Source: an uncultured virus (IMG/VR IMGVR_UViG_3300025727_000005)
Taxonomy: Duplodnaviria > Heunggongvirae > Uroviricota > Caudoviricetes
Virus record (IMG/VR): IMGVR_UViG_3300025727_000005
Strand: one strand, 5' to 3'
Length of the DNA stretch: 54,106 nt
Part shown: positions 44,466 to 54,106 of the stretch, one piece after another
Numbering within the stretch: the stretch's first letter is position 1
Layout of the letters: every line of letters begins with the position of its first letter
The notes under the pieces: model-generated
The model's input: the letters and a program-made list of their open reading frames with translations, nothing else
What the model was told of the DNA's origin: nothing
Database searches by the model: none
Position numbers and translations under genes: made by a program

Positions 44466-45119
44466 TTGGAGGACAATATGATACACACGAAAATCCCACC
44501 ACCAAAAACGACTGCTATTAACTTTGGATTAGGTTTCTCAGAAGGAATCGGAGTTAAAATCAAAGGGGATGTTTTTGGGGTTCTCCAACATAAAGACGGT
44601 CAAGAAGAAATCGTCTTAGATAAATCAAATATATACACACTAGATGGTGGGATTTTAGCCGCTATCTTGTTTTCCAAAAACTTAGGTGTGGGTAATTTTC
44701 GTGGCATTGATATGTTAGCTGTTGGAACAGGAGCATCGGGATCAACTGCGAGTCCCGACATCGCTGATTATAGGCAAAGAATTATCAACACACCCCTTTA
44801 TCGTAAAGAATTTTCAAGTGTTGTTTATCGAAACTCTAACGGTACTCTAGCTTCAGTTCCCACAAACATCGTAGACTTCACAACTACATTTGATGCTTCG
44901 GATGCTGTTGGTGCATTAACTGAGATGGGGTTGGTGTGTACTACTGACGGTATAGGAAATGCCCCACAAGACTTCGATCAGTTAGCGGATGCTTTTCCTG
45001 TTCGCACATTGACTACAGACATCACCACAAAAGACATCTTAGTAAATTACCTCACTTTTCCAGTAATCAATAAACCCGCAGGGTCTATATTAGCGATTAC
45101 TTGGCGTTTAACATTCTAA
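44466..45119 (+). CDS. Baseplate/tail-fibre attachment structural protein
   Basis: LAVGTG, F..S.A.G.LTEMGL, TFPVINK...ITWRLTF pattern typical of myovirus baseplate-associated proteins. Confidence 0.7.
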   Translation: MEDNMIHTKIPPPKTTAINFGLGFSEGIGVKIKGDVFGVLQHKDGQEEIVLDKSNIYTLDGGILAAILFSKNLGVGNFRGIDMLAVGTGASGSTASPDIADYRQRIINTPLYRKEFSSVVYRNSNGTLASVPTNIVDFTTTFDASDAVGALTEMGLVCTTDGIGNAPQDFDQLADAFPVRTLTTDITTKDILVNYLTFPVINKPAGSILAITWRLTF

Positions 45120-45134
45120 GAGAGGGTTTAAGTA

Positions 45135-48100
45135 ATGTCACAAAAGTATTTACCCTCTACAAGTAGAGATTTAGACCCCACAAATTATGCGTGGGACTCC
45201 ATTGTATATCAAGCTGGGAGACCCATGCTTGATAGTGAACTTAACCTCACCCAAGATATCCTCAATAAGAAAAACACCCTCCCAAGTGGAATGATTTCTT
45301 ATCAAGGTGAAGATGACTCTGTGGGTTCATTCGCATATGAAAAACCGTATGTTGAGGGTGTTCTAAACGGCAACTTCACTGCTAACACCTTCATCATTAA
45401 TCCGTTCAAAGCAATGGTAAATGGAATAGTGATTGATGTACGAAACACAAATGCTACCGATGGTACGAATAAAATCACCCTACCAGCACCAGATGCAGGG
45501 TCTGGGCCAGGTGATCGTGGGGATTTTGTTTTCCTTGAAGTATGGCGAAAAGATGTGACTCCTGCCATGCAGTCAAAGTCTAGGATTAAGTTACTTTCCC
45601 CCCAAGCTAATGACACATTCACCTTTAAAAAGGGTGGTGGAGCAAATGATGTAGTCCTCACTGTGGACACTACTTTTGCAATAGGGGCTTCTCTAGCTCA
45701 CACAGCTCGCAATATGGCTTCATACATAAATGATCATGGTGGGGCAGGGTTAGGACTCACTGTTGATGGTGTTACCACATTTGCCGAAACTAGAGGTACA
45801 GAGTTTGTATTCCTAAACCATAATGGTGGAGCTAGTGGGAACTATACTGGTGGAGCTAGCTTTACCTTAGCCTCTTCAGATGTTACAGGGATTGAAATCC
45901 AAATACAACCTTCTGGTGGTTCTGATGGTGACGGAAAGCCTTCTGCTACTACAGTTTATTATGCAGGGAATGTACTATCTGATATTTCAACGCACCTACC
46001 TGATGATATACAAGACCCAAATGTAAATGTATCTTCTACTCGAAGGATACAAGTTCAGTATCGTATCAGGACTCAACAAAATCTTAATCTTTCACATCAG
46101 ATTTTCGGGTTTGAAAATGGAATCCTCTACGCACAAGGGTCACAAGGTGCTCCTGTAAACACAAAATCTTTTAGTAAACATTCTACTGACACAGGTTTAT
46201 GGTATGCTGGAGATGGTTCAGAAGCCGATGCCACTGCATTAGGTACTGTTGATGGGTATGTTTACGCTATCCCTCTCTGTTATGTCTTTAGGAGACAATC
46301 TCCAGGTGGTGGAAACGCAGGATTCAATGCGAGTGGTTCATTCAACACAGGTGCATTACATGATCATGACGGAAACACCTTAGCGAGTAATGACTATGTG
46401 GATAATGTAGCAATTAAAGAATCTGATCGACCCGATGGGTTATTTGCAGATGAAGTCGCTCAAAGTGATGTACTTGATCTTAGACGCAGAGTTTACCCTA
46501 GAGGAATAGACTTCTCGGCAGAGCTTGAGTATCAATATCATACTCTACTCGATAATGAGAATCGGACATGGTTTGCTAAAGCACACTCTCTACAAAAAAC
46601 AGGGAATACTTCGGGAGGTGCAAGTTCTACCCCTCTAGTTTGTGATGTCTATGGTGGAGTTGCAAATTTAGAAGGTGAACATAGAAGAACCTTTGACCAT
46701 ATTGCTCGTAGGTGGTCAGACACACCTACAACTGAACGCATATATATCGTAGCCAAGCCCTTTACCACATTAACTCAACCCTCAACAGGTGTCACTGTAA
46801 CAAGAGGAAACAATACGACTACGGGGGACTATTGGTACGCAGGAGATAAAATCACAATAGACTTAACAAATCTTAAAGTCTCAAGTCACCTTCTTTGGGC
46901 GACCAATGGAAATCAGACCTTTGATCAAGAGGCTGACGATTTTGCACCAAAACTCTTAGATATAGGGTTCTGTTGGCATAACGATGGTCATTACACTAAC
47001 GCTATCGAACAACAAGTCAAGATATCAAGTGTTGATGGGTTAGGTTCTAATACAATCAACATCACCCTAGAGGAAAACCCTAACATCACAGCTAATGGGG
47101 GTATGTCGGCAGGGGCTGATTACGACCTTGTTGGGGATGATACCAATGGTGAGTCCACAGGGAGTAATAAAGAAATCTTCATCGAGTTAATCTTTGACTA
47201 TGCGTCTTTTGATCGAGGGTTGAGCGGGGTTGCTATTGATGTCCCTACACCAGATCCTTCGGGTTACCCAACAGGATCGGCTGTCCTCATTGAATCCGAT
47301 CCTGCATTTGCGTATGACCTTTACCCAGGTCAAGGGAATGGTAATGCACCCCCTATAAGTAATGTCATACCAAAGACAAAACAAGTGTCTCTTGAATATG
47401 TGTACGAACAACAATCTATAGATATCGTGTCTAATACCAAGCTCAGTGCTTATCTACCTTGGAGACTTTATTATAGATCAGGATTAGCTCCTGGGATAAC
47501 AGACAGTAGTGGTGTAGGTGCGACTATCTGTACTCTTGATAATGCAACCACAAAGTATCAACACGCTGAATCAAAGATAGGCTGGACTAACTCAGTGAAT
47601 GGTTGGGCTACAGGACAAAGGAAACTAACGATCTCAGCTTTCCCAATAGAACCTTACCCTGCGGATACAGTCACAGATAGTACTCTGTTAGTTTACTATA
47701 ACCGATCTGCACCTATGACTGCGGGTTCAGATTTCGCTATTCCAAATACCGTAGCAGTATCAAATATTGGTGTTGTACCCGATGAGTTGAACCTTCAACC
47801 TTTAGCCATAGGTAAAGAAGTTAGTGTCTTTCTCAAAACAAACGACCACTACCCATTCTTTAACCCCACAGATCAGTTAGGTACTCATCCTAACGCTTCT
47901 AATTATGCTGAGTATGAAACTCTCAGTAATCCTGATGTTTTCCTTGATGACTTAAAGATCAACACAGGGTCAGTTGTCCTACCCTCATTCGTACCTTTTG
48001 TATCCTCTGTGAACATCACTCTTGGAGATACAGGTCCAGGCCAACCTCCAGTTAAAGATGATTATAGTCGAGTGGTATACCCCACTATGGAGGACTCAAG

Positions 48101-48353
48101 TTATTTCCCATCAGCTTTCGCTAAGAATATGAGTGGATACCATAGTGCTTATAAAACAGCTATCCCATGTCTTATGAAGATTGTTGATGATACCCATACG
48201 CTCTATCGTAAGGGTGAAGTCGTGTTAGTTGTCTTTGTTAAAACGAATACTTGGGGTCAAGGTGTTTCTGTAGACATGAGATCTACCCTCGCTGATAACT
48301 ATGTAGTCGCTTGTGTTTATCGCACAAAAAACCAGCTTTTGCTCGGAGAATAA
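45135..48353 (+). CDS. Large tail/baseplate structural protein (DUF4815/DUF6519-like N-terminus)
   Basis: IVYQAGRPMLDSELNLTQD; DFVFLEVW; RPDGLFAD. Confidence 0.7.
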   Translation: MSQKYLPSTSRDLDPTNYAWDSIVYQAGRPMLDSELNLTQDILNKKNTLPSGMISYQGEDDSVGSFAYEKPYVEGVLNGNFTANTFIINPFKAMVNGIVIDVRNTNATDGTNKITLPAPDAGSGPGDRGDFVFLEVWRKDVTPAMQSKSRIKLLSPQANDTFTFKKGGGANDVVLTVDTTFAIGASLAHTARNMASYINDHGGAGLGLTVDGVTTFAETRGTEFVFLNHNGGASGNYTGGASFTLASSDVTGIEIQIQPSGGSDGDGKPSATTVYYAGNVLSDISTHLPDDIQDPNVNVSSTRRIQVQYRIRTQQNLNLSHQIFGFENGILYAQGSQGAPVNTKSFSKHSTDTGLWYAGDGSEADATALGTVDGYVYAIPLCYVFRRQSPGGGNAGFNASGSFNTGALHDHDGNTLASNDYVDNVAIKESDRPDGLFADEVAQSDVLDLRRRVYPRGIDFSAELEYQYHTLLDNENRTWFAKAHSLQKTGNTSGGASSTPLVCDVYGGVANLEGEHRRTFDHIARRWSDTPTTERIYIVAKPFTTLTQPSTGVTVTRGNNTTTGDYWYAGDKITIDLTNLKVSSHLLWATNGNQTFDQEADDFAPKLLDIGFCWHNDGHYTNAIEQQVKISSVDGLGSNTINITLEENPNITANGGMSAGADYDLVGDDTNGESTGSNKEIFIELIFDYASFDRGLSGVAIDVPTPDPSGYPTGSAVLIESDPAFAYDLYPGQGNGNAPPISNVIPKTKQVSLEYVYEQQSIDIVSNTKLSAYLPWRLYYRSGLAPGITDSSGVGATICTLDNATTKYQHAESKIGWTNSVNGWATGQRKLTISAFPIEPYPADTVTDSTLLVYYNRSAPMTAGSDFAIPNTVAVSNIGVVPDELNLQPLAIGKEVSVFLKTNDHYPFFNPTDQLGTHPNASNYAEYETLSNPDVFLDDLKINTGSVVLPSFVPFVSSVNITLGDTGPGQPPVKDDYSRVVYPTMEDSSYFPSAFAKNMSGYHSAYKTAIPCLMKIVDDTHTLYRKGEVVLVVFVKTNTWGQGVSVDMRSTLADNYVVACVYRTKNQLLLGE

Positions 48354-48354
48354 A

Positions 48355-51300
48355 ATGCCAAAGAAATCCATAGAGAAAAATAGAGTCGTTATCTCATCAG
48401 GTCAAGGTACTGATGGGTCTAGTAATGACATCACCATCATTAGTGGCTTAGATGTAAGCGTTACTGCTTCAGATGTGATCTCATCAAATGATTTAGGTGG
48501 GTATCTTGGCAATAATGTACAAATAAATCTTGATGACTTGACCTCTGATGCACGAGAGGGGCAACCCCCAAAGATTGGATATGAAGCGATCACATTTAGT
48601 AATGGTGAGACAACCACCACACATGAGGGTCGCCCCGATTGGGGACAAGCAAAAATTGTAGACACTCCACCTTGGACTGCGAAGCAACCAAGAAAAAAAT
48701 GGACTGCTCAATATGAGATGCCACATTATGGTGTAGGCAAGAAAACAGACGAAGCAAACACCCCTAGTGACAACCTGTTCCCTAAGTATGTTAATGATAG
48801 CGGAGCATATGACACAATCAATCTAAACTACAGAGATAATAGTGATAATAGTTACTATGGACTAGCTCTTTATAATGATTTCCCCTTTCTTGTGGATGCT
48901 CCTCAGTTCACACAAAGCAACTACCCACACATTGCACAATCAGTTCCAAGATCTGCCTTCCAAACTAATCTCCAAGACAATTTAAGATTCCCATTTTTAT
49001 ATCAAAAACCGTTCATCGCAGAAGAGAACAACAGAGATTTTTTCAATACCTCTGACTATAAGTTAGGGTTTAATGCTGGTGAAGGAACTTCATCTTTAGG
49101 TGTTAAAAACGGTCAAGCCTCAATAAGTCTCTCTTCGCCTTTTAGCACTGAACTATTTGACCCTAGAAAATCTCATGAAGCATTAGATGCCACAGATGCA
49201 AATAGCCCACCCTTTGATGTAGGGTTAATTGTTTCTGGTCTTTTATTCCCTGCCGATAGAGGTGTTCTTGCACTCATCAGATTTCCTTCTGATGATAACA
49301 ATGTGGCACAGGGGTTCAACAATCCTGCTACCACTGTGGACATCATTGAAAATAGAGTTTTAGCGGCCATAAATCTCGGTGTTGGTGCAGGAGTCAACGA
49401 TGGTGCTTCGGGTGGAGTCATCTTCAATAACTCTGATAACAATACCTTCCCTTCAAGAGTTACAGGACAATACGATCTGTATGAGCTACACACAGGGAAC
49501 TATGTACCGAACTCTACTAGAATTGGGGCTAATGGGGATTTAACTGCTGACCCAAGCATAGGGAAAGTAAGACTGCTTACTAATATAGATGCGTTTTACC
49601 CTTCAAGTGGGTCTTCTGTTAGACCTGGTGGTATTCCCGTTCTGTTTTCTCCTTATGAGAAACATAACACAAGTATATCTGCGGATACCATTTCATTTAA
49701 CTCATTCTACTCCGAAAGTGACCCCATAAGTGATCTAAAAGCTTATGCTATAGATGACGCGGGTGTTTATTATGACTGCACAATCAACACCCAAGGGAGT
49801 CAAATAGAGGTTAATAACCCAGCAGGAATCACAGACCCTACAACATTTTATGCTCATGTCTTAAAGCAAAATCGTAGCTTCTTATCTTACAGACTCCCCG
49901 CCTTAAAAGATTACTCGTCAGAAGGAATCACTACTCCATTTGCTGAACGAGATCGCTTCTTCGTTAAAAACACACCTAATGAAGATGAGTTTAAAGCAGA
50001 TTACAAATCTATCTTTGACACAGCAGGTGGATACATCACATTCGGTGAAGAAGATAACTATTCATATCAAGTTGCACGATACAGGCAAGTGGTAAGGTTA
50101 GTGCAAGATTATATTAAAACTCTTTCTCAAGGGGAATCCACCACAGACGATGAACCCGAATATAACTTTGGATCATTTGCTCTGATACACTTTAAAACTG
50201 AAAAAGCATTTGAATCTCTTGTTCGTGATGGTATCGCACCTAGTGATGATGAAGTGTACAGTAGAAACCTACTCGATTATTCCAACCTCAATAATAACTT
50301 AGGGTCTTCCTTAAGCACTGTTGGTGGTGATGGGTTAGAAGATGGAGTGGACTCTTTCACACCAAGTCCTTCAATGTCTATCTTTAGACCTAATGTTAAC
50401 TTTGAAAAAAGACTTGATGGATACCCTCAAGACTTAGTGATCAAAACAAAAGCACAGGCATGGGGTTTATACCCCAGCGTTCAAGCAAATGAGTTGAGGG
50501 CAAACGATACTTACTTCATGTGGACATCGGGTGTTATTTATGTCAATCCAACCACTTGGAGAGCCTATAAAGGACACCCTAGTGATAAAGGTGGTGCGTC
50601 TGCTACTCATTCTACTGACACACAACACTCAAGACTACAGACTATCATTGAAATCACGCAGAAGTCTGTACAAGGAGATGACCACATTTCGGAGTTTGAT
50701 CAAGTTAAACCAACAATCTCTAAACCATTCCACACAGTTAGACCCACAGCTCAAATACTAACAAGTGAGCTATCCGCTTCGGATAACCTTTTTGCGGGTA
50801 AATATGAAAGGTTATCTAATAACGCTCTAACTGAATATGAGACAATACCAAAACATCAACAAGTTTGGGTTACAACTAGTGGTCTCGGTGGAAACCTTGC
50901 AGGTAACATCACAGTCATACCTAAAGGTGATGCAGGTGAGGCTCTCGATGATCTTTCTTTATACAACCCTAAAGATGGTCTTTGTTCTTTCACAACCGTT
51001 GGATTAAGACCTTCGGTGATGATTAATAAACCTCACAGGCAGTTTAATAACTTAGGTGTTGAGTACATTAAAGATAACATCAACGATAACAGCAGTTCCA
51101 CCATCAAGAAACTTCTCTATCACTCTGCAAGAAAGATCTCATTACTAGAACTATATGGTGAGAAGTTAAGCCCTAATGGAAAACTCATAAAAGATGAGTC
51201 CTCCATCTCAAGCATTAACAATATTTATACAGGGATTGACCTTACTAAAAATCGTGTCGGTGAAGACTATCGCTCAAATAATAACTTTGCCTATGGTTAT

Positions 51301-54106
51301 ATTTGGGCTGATTGGGAAAATACTAATGTAGGGACTCAAACTTATACCCCAAGGTCATCTGGACAAGCGTTCTCTATTTATAGGTATGATGTAGAAGGGT
51401 ATAAAGTTTATCAAGAACTTGAGCTACTACCCATAGGTGGTGATGTTGTAAATGGTTACGCTTTAGAGTTATGCACAGGTTGGGATTGGGTAAAGAACAG
51501 TGATGATTCTGACGCAGGTGTTGGGTTATCTTTTAAGTATTCTCGATATGTACCTGTTTATCGCCCTGTAGAACCAAACCACACAAGAACAACACTTGAG
51601 ACTCATGCCGATGCAAAGTTCCTCGTAATCAAAGGTGTTGACTACTATGTGGAAATGCACCCTTCAATCCCTTATAATTGGAATACAAACACGAACCCCG
51701 CAGTAGGCGGACACGACCCGACAAACTTCATAAACTACACAGAGCCTAAAAATTCTATTGGAGATTTAGGTGGGGACGCTACTTCTGATTTGAGTCTGAT
51801 CTTTAGCCCAAGTCTGACAGATAAAACCACAGCCGCTACTGCATTAACTTCTTTGTACGACTTTATGGGTACTACAACAAATAATCATGGTGAATATGTA
51901 GGGCATGGGGTGTCTCCCATTGACGCGGCCTCAGCTAACGCTATTGTAAACCCTACAGTTGGGAACACATATCACTTAGCTAAACTATCTCTTAGTTCAC
52001 TCGCAGTATTCTCCATTACAACAAACCCTCAACACCCTCACCCTACGACAAGCGTAAGGGTGGACACTGGTGGGTTTGTCGCAGGTACTAGAGAGTTTGG
52101 TGATGTTATTGTTGAAGCGATACCTACAGGGCGTAGACAACTTCCAGAGTATGGAAACTATACGATGGATATTAGAGGGTATATCACCGTTAGTGGTATG
52201 GGGAATACTAGTGTTTTCATTTCGGATCAACTACAAGCAGTATCTACTATCTCAAGACTCCCTCTTGTTTCTCTTTTCACACCTAGAAAAGACACCCAAG
52301 AACGCTTCTTAGACGAATCTTATCGCATAGAACATAGCCTCGCTCACCTTTTCTTCATACAGGGCAATGACCCTGATTTTAACTATCAATTTGGCAACCA
52401 TCAAGACACTAGTGGTGTCACTCCAATCACAGGGAATACCGAGTTAAGAGATAACTTAATCGGCCCAGGCATCCCTAACTTCGGATCGGGTTATAATGGA
52501 GGCTATATTTCATTCCCTGTGAGAGATGAGTCAAATGTTTCTCCAGAAGGTTGGTTAGCTAACACAACTAACTTAAGATTGTATAGCTTTCATGGGTTCG
52601 CAGGATACTTACGAAACAGTTTACACATGAGAAGGATACAAATCACAAGCCCTCTTATTTTCTCTGACTGGTTAGAAGCACAAGTGAGTGGATTCCCTAA
52701 CATGACGAGAAATCACTTGTCGGGAGCTAAATATGGAACGCCTCCAAGAGGTGTCTTAATTTACCCTTATCAAGACTTTGATGGTAACACGATAAGTGCT
52801 TTTGGATATAACCTCAGTAATAGTGGTCAAGCCACAGTCAATCCTCTTGTTGATTCGGAGTCGGGATTCTATCTACCTAACTCTAATGCAGGTCTTTCGG
52901 CTTATGACGATGTAGCTAACAACATCGCAGGGAACTATGGCAATAATGGAACATGGCTTGATGACGATGCAGGAGGTGTGGGAGTTTCTACTGACCCTAT
53001 CCTAAGACACGCACAACCCACCTATTCTGGAGGTGGTTTTGTGGCATCTAATGATTCTCCCGATGTGGGCTACTTGAGAGCCTTCGATCTAAACTTTGGA
53101 AAGAGCGTAGAACGATCTCCCCACCTCCCTTATTGGGATACAGATTGGACAGAAACAACTGCAAGTGGAGAAGAAAAAGATCGACTCTCCACAAGTGCTA
53201 CACCTAAAGGTTTGATAGAATCAAAGGAATGGGAGAGAGTTAAGGGTGATGAATTTGCACCCATTAAGTTAAGGCTAGTAGGTGTTGATTGGGATATGAT
53301 CTCTTATGTCGATCCTCAGTTCCCAAATGCTAGAAGAGATGGCACAGTTTATACGATTGACAATAAACAACACCTCATGCGTAAGAGGGTCATGAGAGTC
53401 TTTGTAAAAGTACCAGGTCTAACCACATGGCTTGATGTTGGTGTAATGAACGGAGAAGTCGGTGAGTCTTATGTGCAGTATGCAGGAGACCCCACAGGCA
53501 CATTCGGTGTGATGAGTGAAGGGGGTGCAACCTCTGACAAAACACACCCAAGTCTTGATGGTGCAGGGTGTTGTGTTTCATACAAAGAAACATTCCTTGT
53601 TGAAGAAGGATTAGTCGCTCTTGACCTTGAACTTGATGTTGGTTTTGTACCTGCTTTTATGAGCGTAGGTGATGATACAGTATCTACTGACACCATAGCT
53701 TCTTCGGATAACTTCTTAGGGCAAGAAAAAGTTATTTATGTGAATAACTCTGACAAATTCTTTAGTGCGAGTAAATCTGATGACCTCGCTTATGGTAAAG
53801 GTGGCACAGAAGCACCTATCCTTGTCAAAGTTATCTTAGGTAATCCCGATTTCCCTAAGTATGAAGTCCACCCTGAAAATGCATTTGCTCTTGTAAATCG
53901 AGATGACTTAGCAGACCAAACAACTTTAATCGCTAATGTGTACGGAGGTGTGGGTACTAACGCTATATACGATATATGGCCTTCACCTAATAAGTCTTAT
54001 CGAGGTCATTCATTCCCACCCGATGATCGTGCTCCAACATGGTCGAGAAGAGGGCTGATGGGTATTGAAGTTCTTAGACCAGATGGATCAAACTTTGATC
54101 ATGACC
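48355..54106 (+). CDS. Very large (>1900 aa) putative virion structural protein, 3'-truncated; absent from ORF track
   Basis: ATG 48355 (MPKKSIEKNRVVISSGQG...) 1 nt after previous stop, GGAG upstream; frame reads open at both ends and the track lists no terminated ORF in this frame; Gly/Thr/Asn/Asp-rich. Confidence 0.85.
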   Translation, partial: MPKKSIEKNRVVISSGQGTDGSSNDITIISGLDVSVTASDVISSNDLGGYLGNNVQINLDDLTSDAREGQPPKIGYEAITFSNGETTTTHEGRPDWGQAKIVDTPPWTAKQPRKKWTAQYEMPHYGVGKKTDEANTPSDNLFPKYVNDSGAYDTINLNYRDNSDNSYYGLALYNDFPFLVDAPQFTQSNYPHIAQSVPRSAFQTNLQDNLRFPFLYQKPFIAEENNRDFFNTSDYKLGFNAGEGTSSLGVKNGQASISLSSPFSTELFDPRKSHEALDATDANSPPFDVGLIVSGLLFPADRGVLALIRFPSDDNNVAQGFNNPATTVDIIENRVLAAINLGVGAGVNDGASGGVIFNNSDNNTFPSRVTGQYDLYELHTGNYVPNSTRIGANGDLTADPSIGKVRLLTNIDAFYPSSGSSVRPGGIPVLFSPYEKHNTSISADTISFNSFYSESDPISDLKAYAIDDAGVYYDCTINTQGSQIEVNNPAGITDPTTFYAHVLKQNRSFLSYRLPALKDYSSEGITTPFAERDRFFVKNTPNEDEFKADYKSIFDTAGGYITFGEEDNYSYQVARYRQVVRLVQDYIKTLSQGESTTDDEPEYNFGSFALIHFKTEKAFESLVRDGIAPSDDEVYSRNLLDYSNLNNNLGSSLSTVGGDGLEDGVDSFTPSPSMSIFRPNVNFEKRLDGYPQDLVIKTKAQAWGLYPSVQANELRANDTYFMWTSGVIYVNPTTWRAYKGHPSDKGGASATHSTDTQHSRLQTIIEITQKSVQGDDHISEFDQVKPTISKPFHTVRPTAQILTSELSASDNLFAGKYERLSNNALTEYETIPKHQQVWVTTSGLGGNLAGNITVIPKGDAGEALDDLSLYNPKDGLCSFTTVGLRPSVMINKPHRQFNNLGVEYIKDNINDNSSSTIKKLLYHSARKISLLELYGEKLSPNGKLIKDESSISSINNIYTGIDLTKNRVGEDYRSNNNFAYGYIWADWENTNVGTQTYTPRSSGQAFSIYRYDVEGYKVYQELELLPIGGDVVNGYALELCTGWDWVKNSDDSDAGVGLSFKYSRYVPVYRPVEPNHTRTTLETHADAKFLVIKGVDYYVEMHPSIPYNWNTNTNPAVGGHDPTNFINYTEPKNSIGDLGGDATSDLSLIFSPSLTDKTTAATALTSLYDFMGTTTNNHGEYVGHGVSPIDAASANAIVNPTVGNTYHLAKLSLSSLAVFSITTNPQHPHPTTSVRVDTGGFVAGTREFGDVIVEAIPTGRRQLPEYGNYTMDIRGYITVSGMGNTSVFISDQLQAVSTISRLPLVSLFTPRKDTQERFLDESYRIEHSLAHLFFIQGNDPDFNYQFGNHQDTSGVTPITGNTELRDNLIGPGIPNFGSGYNGGYISFPVRDESNVSPEGWLANTTNLRLYSFHGFAGYLRNSLHMRRIQITSPLIFSDWLEAQVSGFPNMTRNHLSGAKYGTPPRGVLIYPYQDFDGNTISAFGYNLSNSGQATVNPLVDSESGFYLPNSNAGLSAYDDVANNIAGNYGNNGTWLDDDAGGVGVSTDPILRHAQPTYSGGGFVASNDSPDVGYLRAFDLNFGKSVERSPHLPYWDTDWTETTASGEEKDRLSTSATPKGLIESKEWERVKGDEFAPIKLRLVGVDWDMISYVDPQFPNARRDGTVYTIDNKQHLMRKRVMRVFVKVPGLTTWLDVGVMNGEVGESYVQYAGDPTGTFGVMSEGGATSDKTHPSLDGAGCCVSYKETFLVEEGLVALDLELDVGFVPAFMSVGDDTVSTDTIASSDNFLGQEKVIYVNNSDKFFSASKSDDLAYGKGGTEAPILVKVILGNPDFPKYEVHPENAFALVNRDDLADQTTLIANVYGGVGTNAIYDIWPSPNKSYRGHSFPPDDRAPTWSRRGLMGIEVLRPDGSNFDHD

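Noticed and set aside
2152..53696. Many short opposite-strand or nested ORFs in the track (e.g. 2152..2592, 11626..11940, 13377..13763, 45302..45670, 49173..49493)
   Set aside because: Shadows of longer genes that have RBS and recognisable motifs; no independent support.
1..54106. Stop-codon reassignment as seen in some large phages
   Set aside because: TAA, TAG and TGA all end tightly packed genes, and long genes are intact in the standard code.
1..54106. tRNA or rRNA genes; eukaryotic giant-virus origin
   Set aside because: No cloverleaf or rRNA-like segment recognised in the short intergenic spaces; Shine-Dalgarno sites, sigma-like factors and baseplate genes indicate a bacteriophage.

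Overview
Segment of a large, contractile-tailed (myovirus-like, probably jumbo) dsDNA bacteriophage genome using the standard genetic code. The right third (36.5-54.1 kb, + strand) is a baseplate/tail structural operon: gp25-like, baseplate J-like, wedge, DUF4815-like, and a >1900-aa ORF running off the window that the ORF track missed. The left two-thirds mix replication and metabolic genes (family A DNA polymerase with two Zn-ribbon inserts, Toprim primase, thymidine kinase, GIY-YIG nuclease, Nudix, SNase, Hc1 histone-like), two or three sigma-like factors, and many small accessory genes. The main signal is a dispersed family of gene cassettes. At least 7 otherwise unrelated ORFs share one ~120-130 bp DNA head: a TAATAGTTTATTTATA promoter-like box, a conserved UTR/RBS, and the codons for the leader MRRSASEIIRNLExRIARLE(K/R)Q(A/S). 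The same peptide recurs internally to make polyprotein-like ORFs, and a second leader type (RVAxR/K[YH]...) marks further genes. I infer a modular capsid-targeting/protease-processed cargo system loading diverse effectors (GNAT, ART-like, membrane-active, sigma-like) into the virion. A second 17-nt promoter-like motif (GTAACCCCTTATCTATA, 8 copies), usually followed by an RBS-occluding mini-hairpin, precedes small early-type genes, including a DUF1874/AcrIII-1-like candidate. All family assignments are by eye from motifs; no database searches were run.
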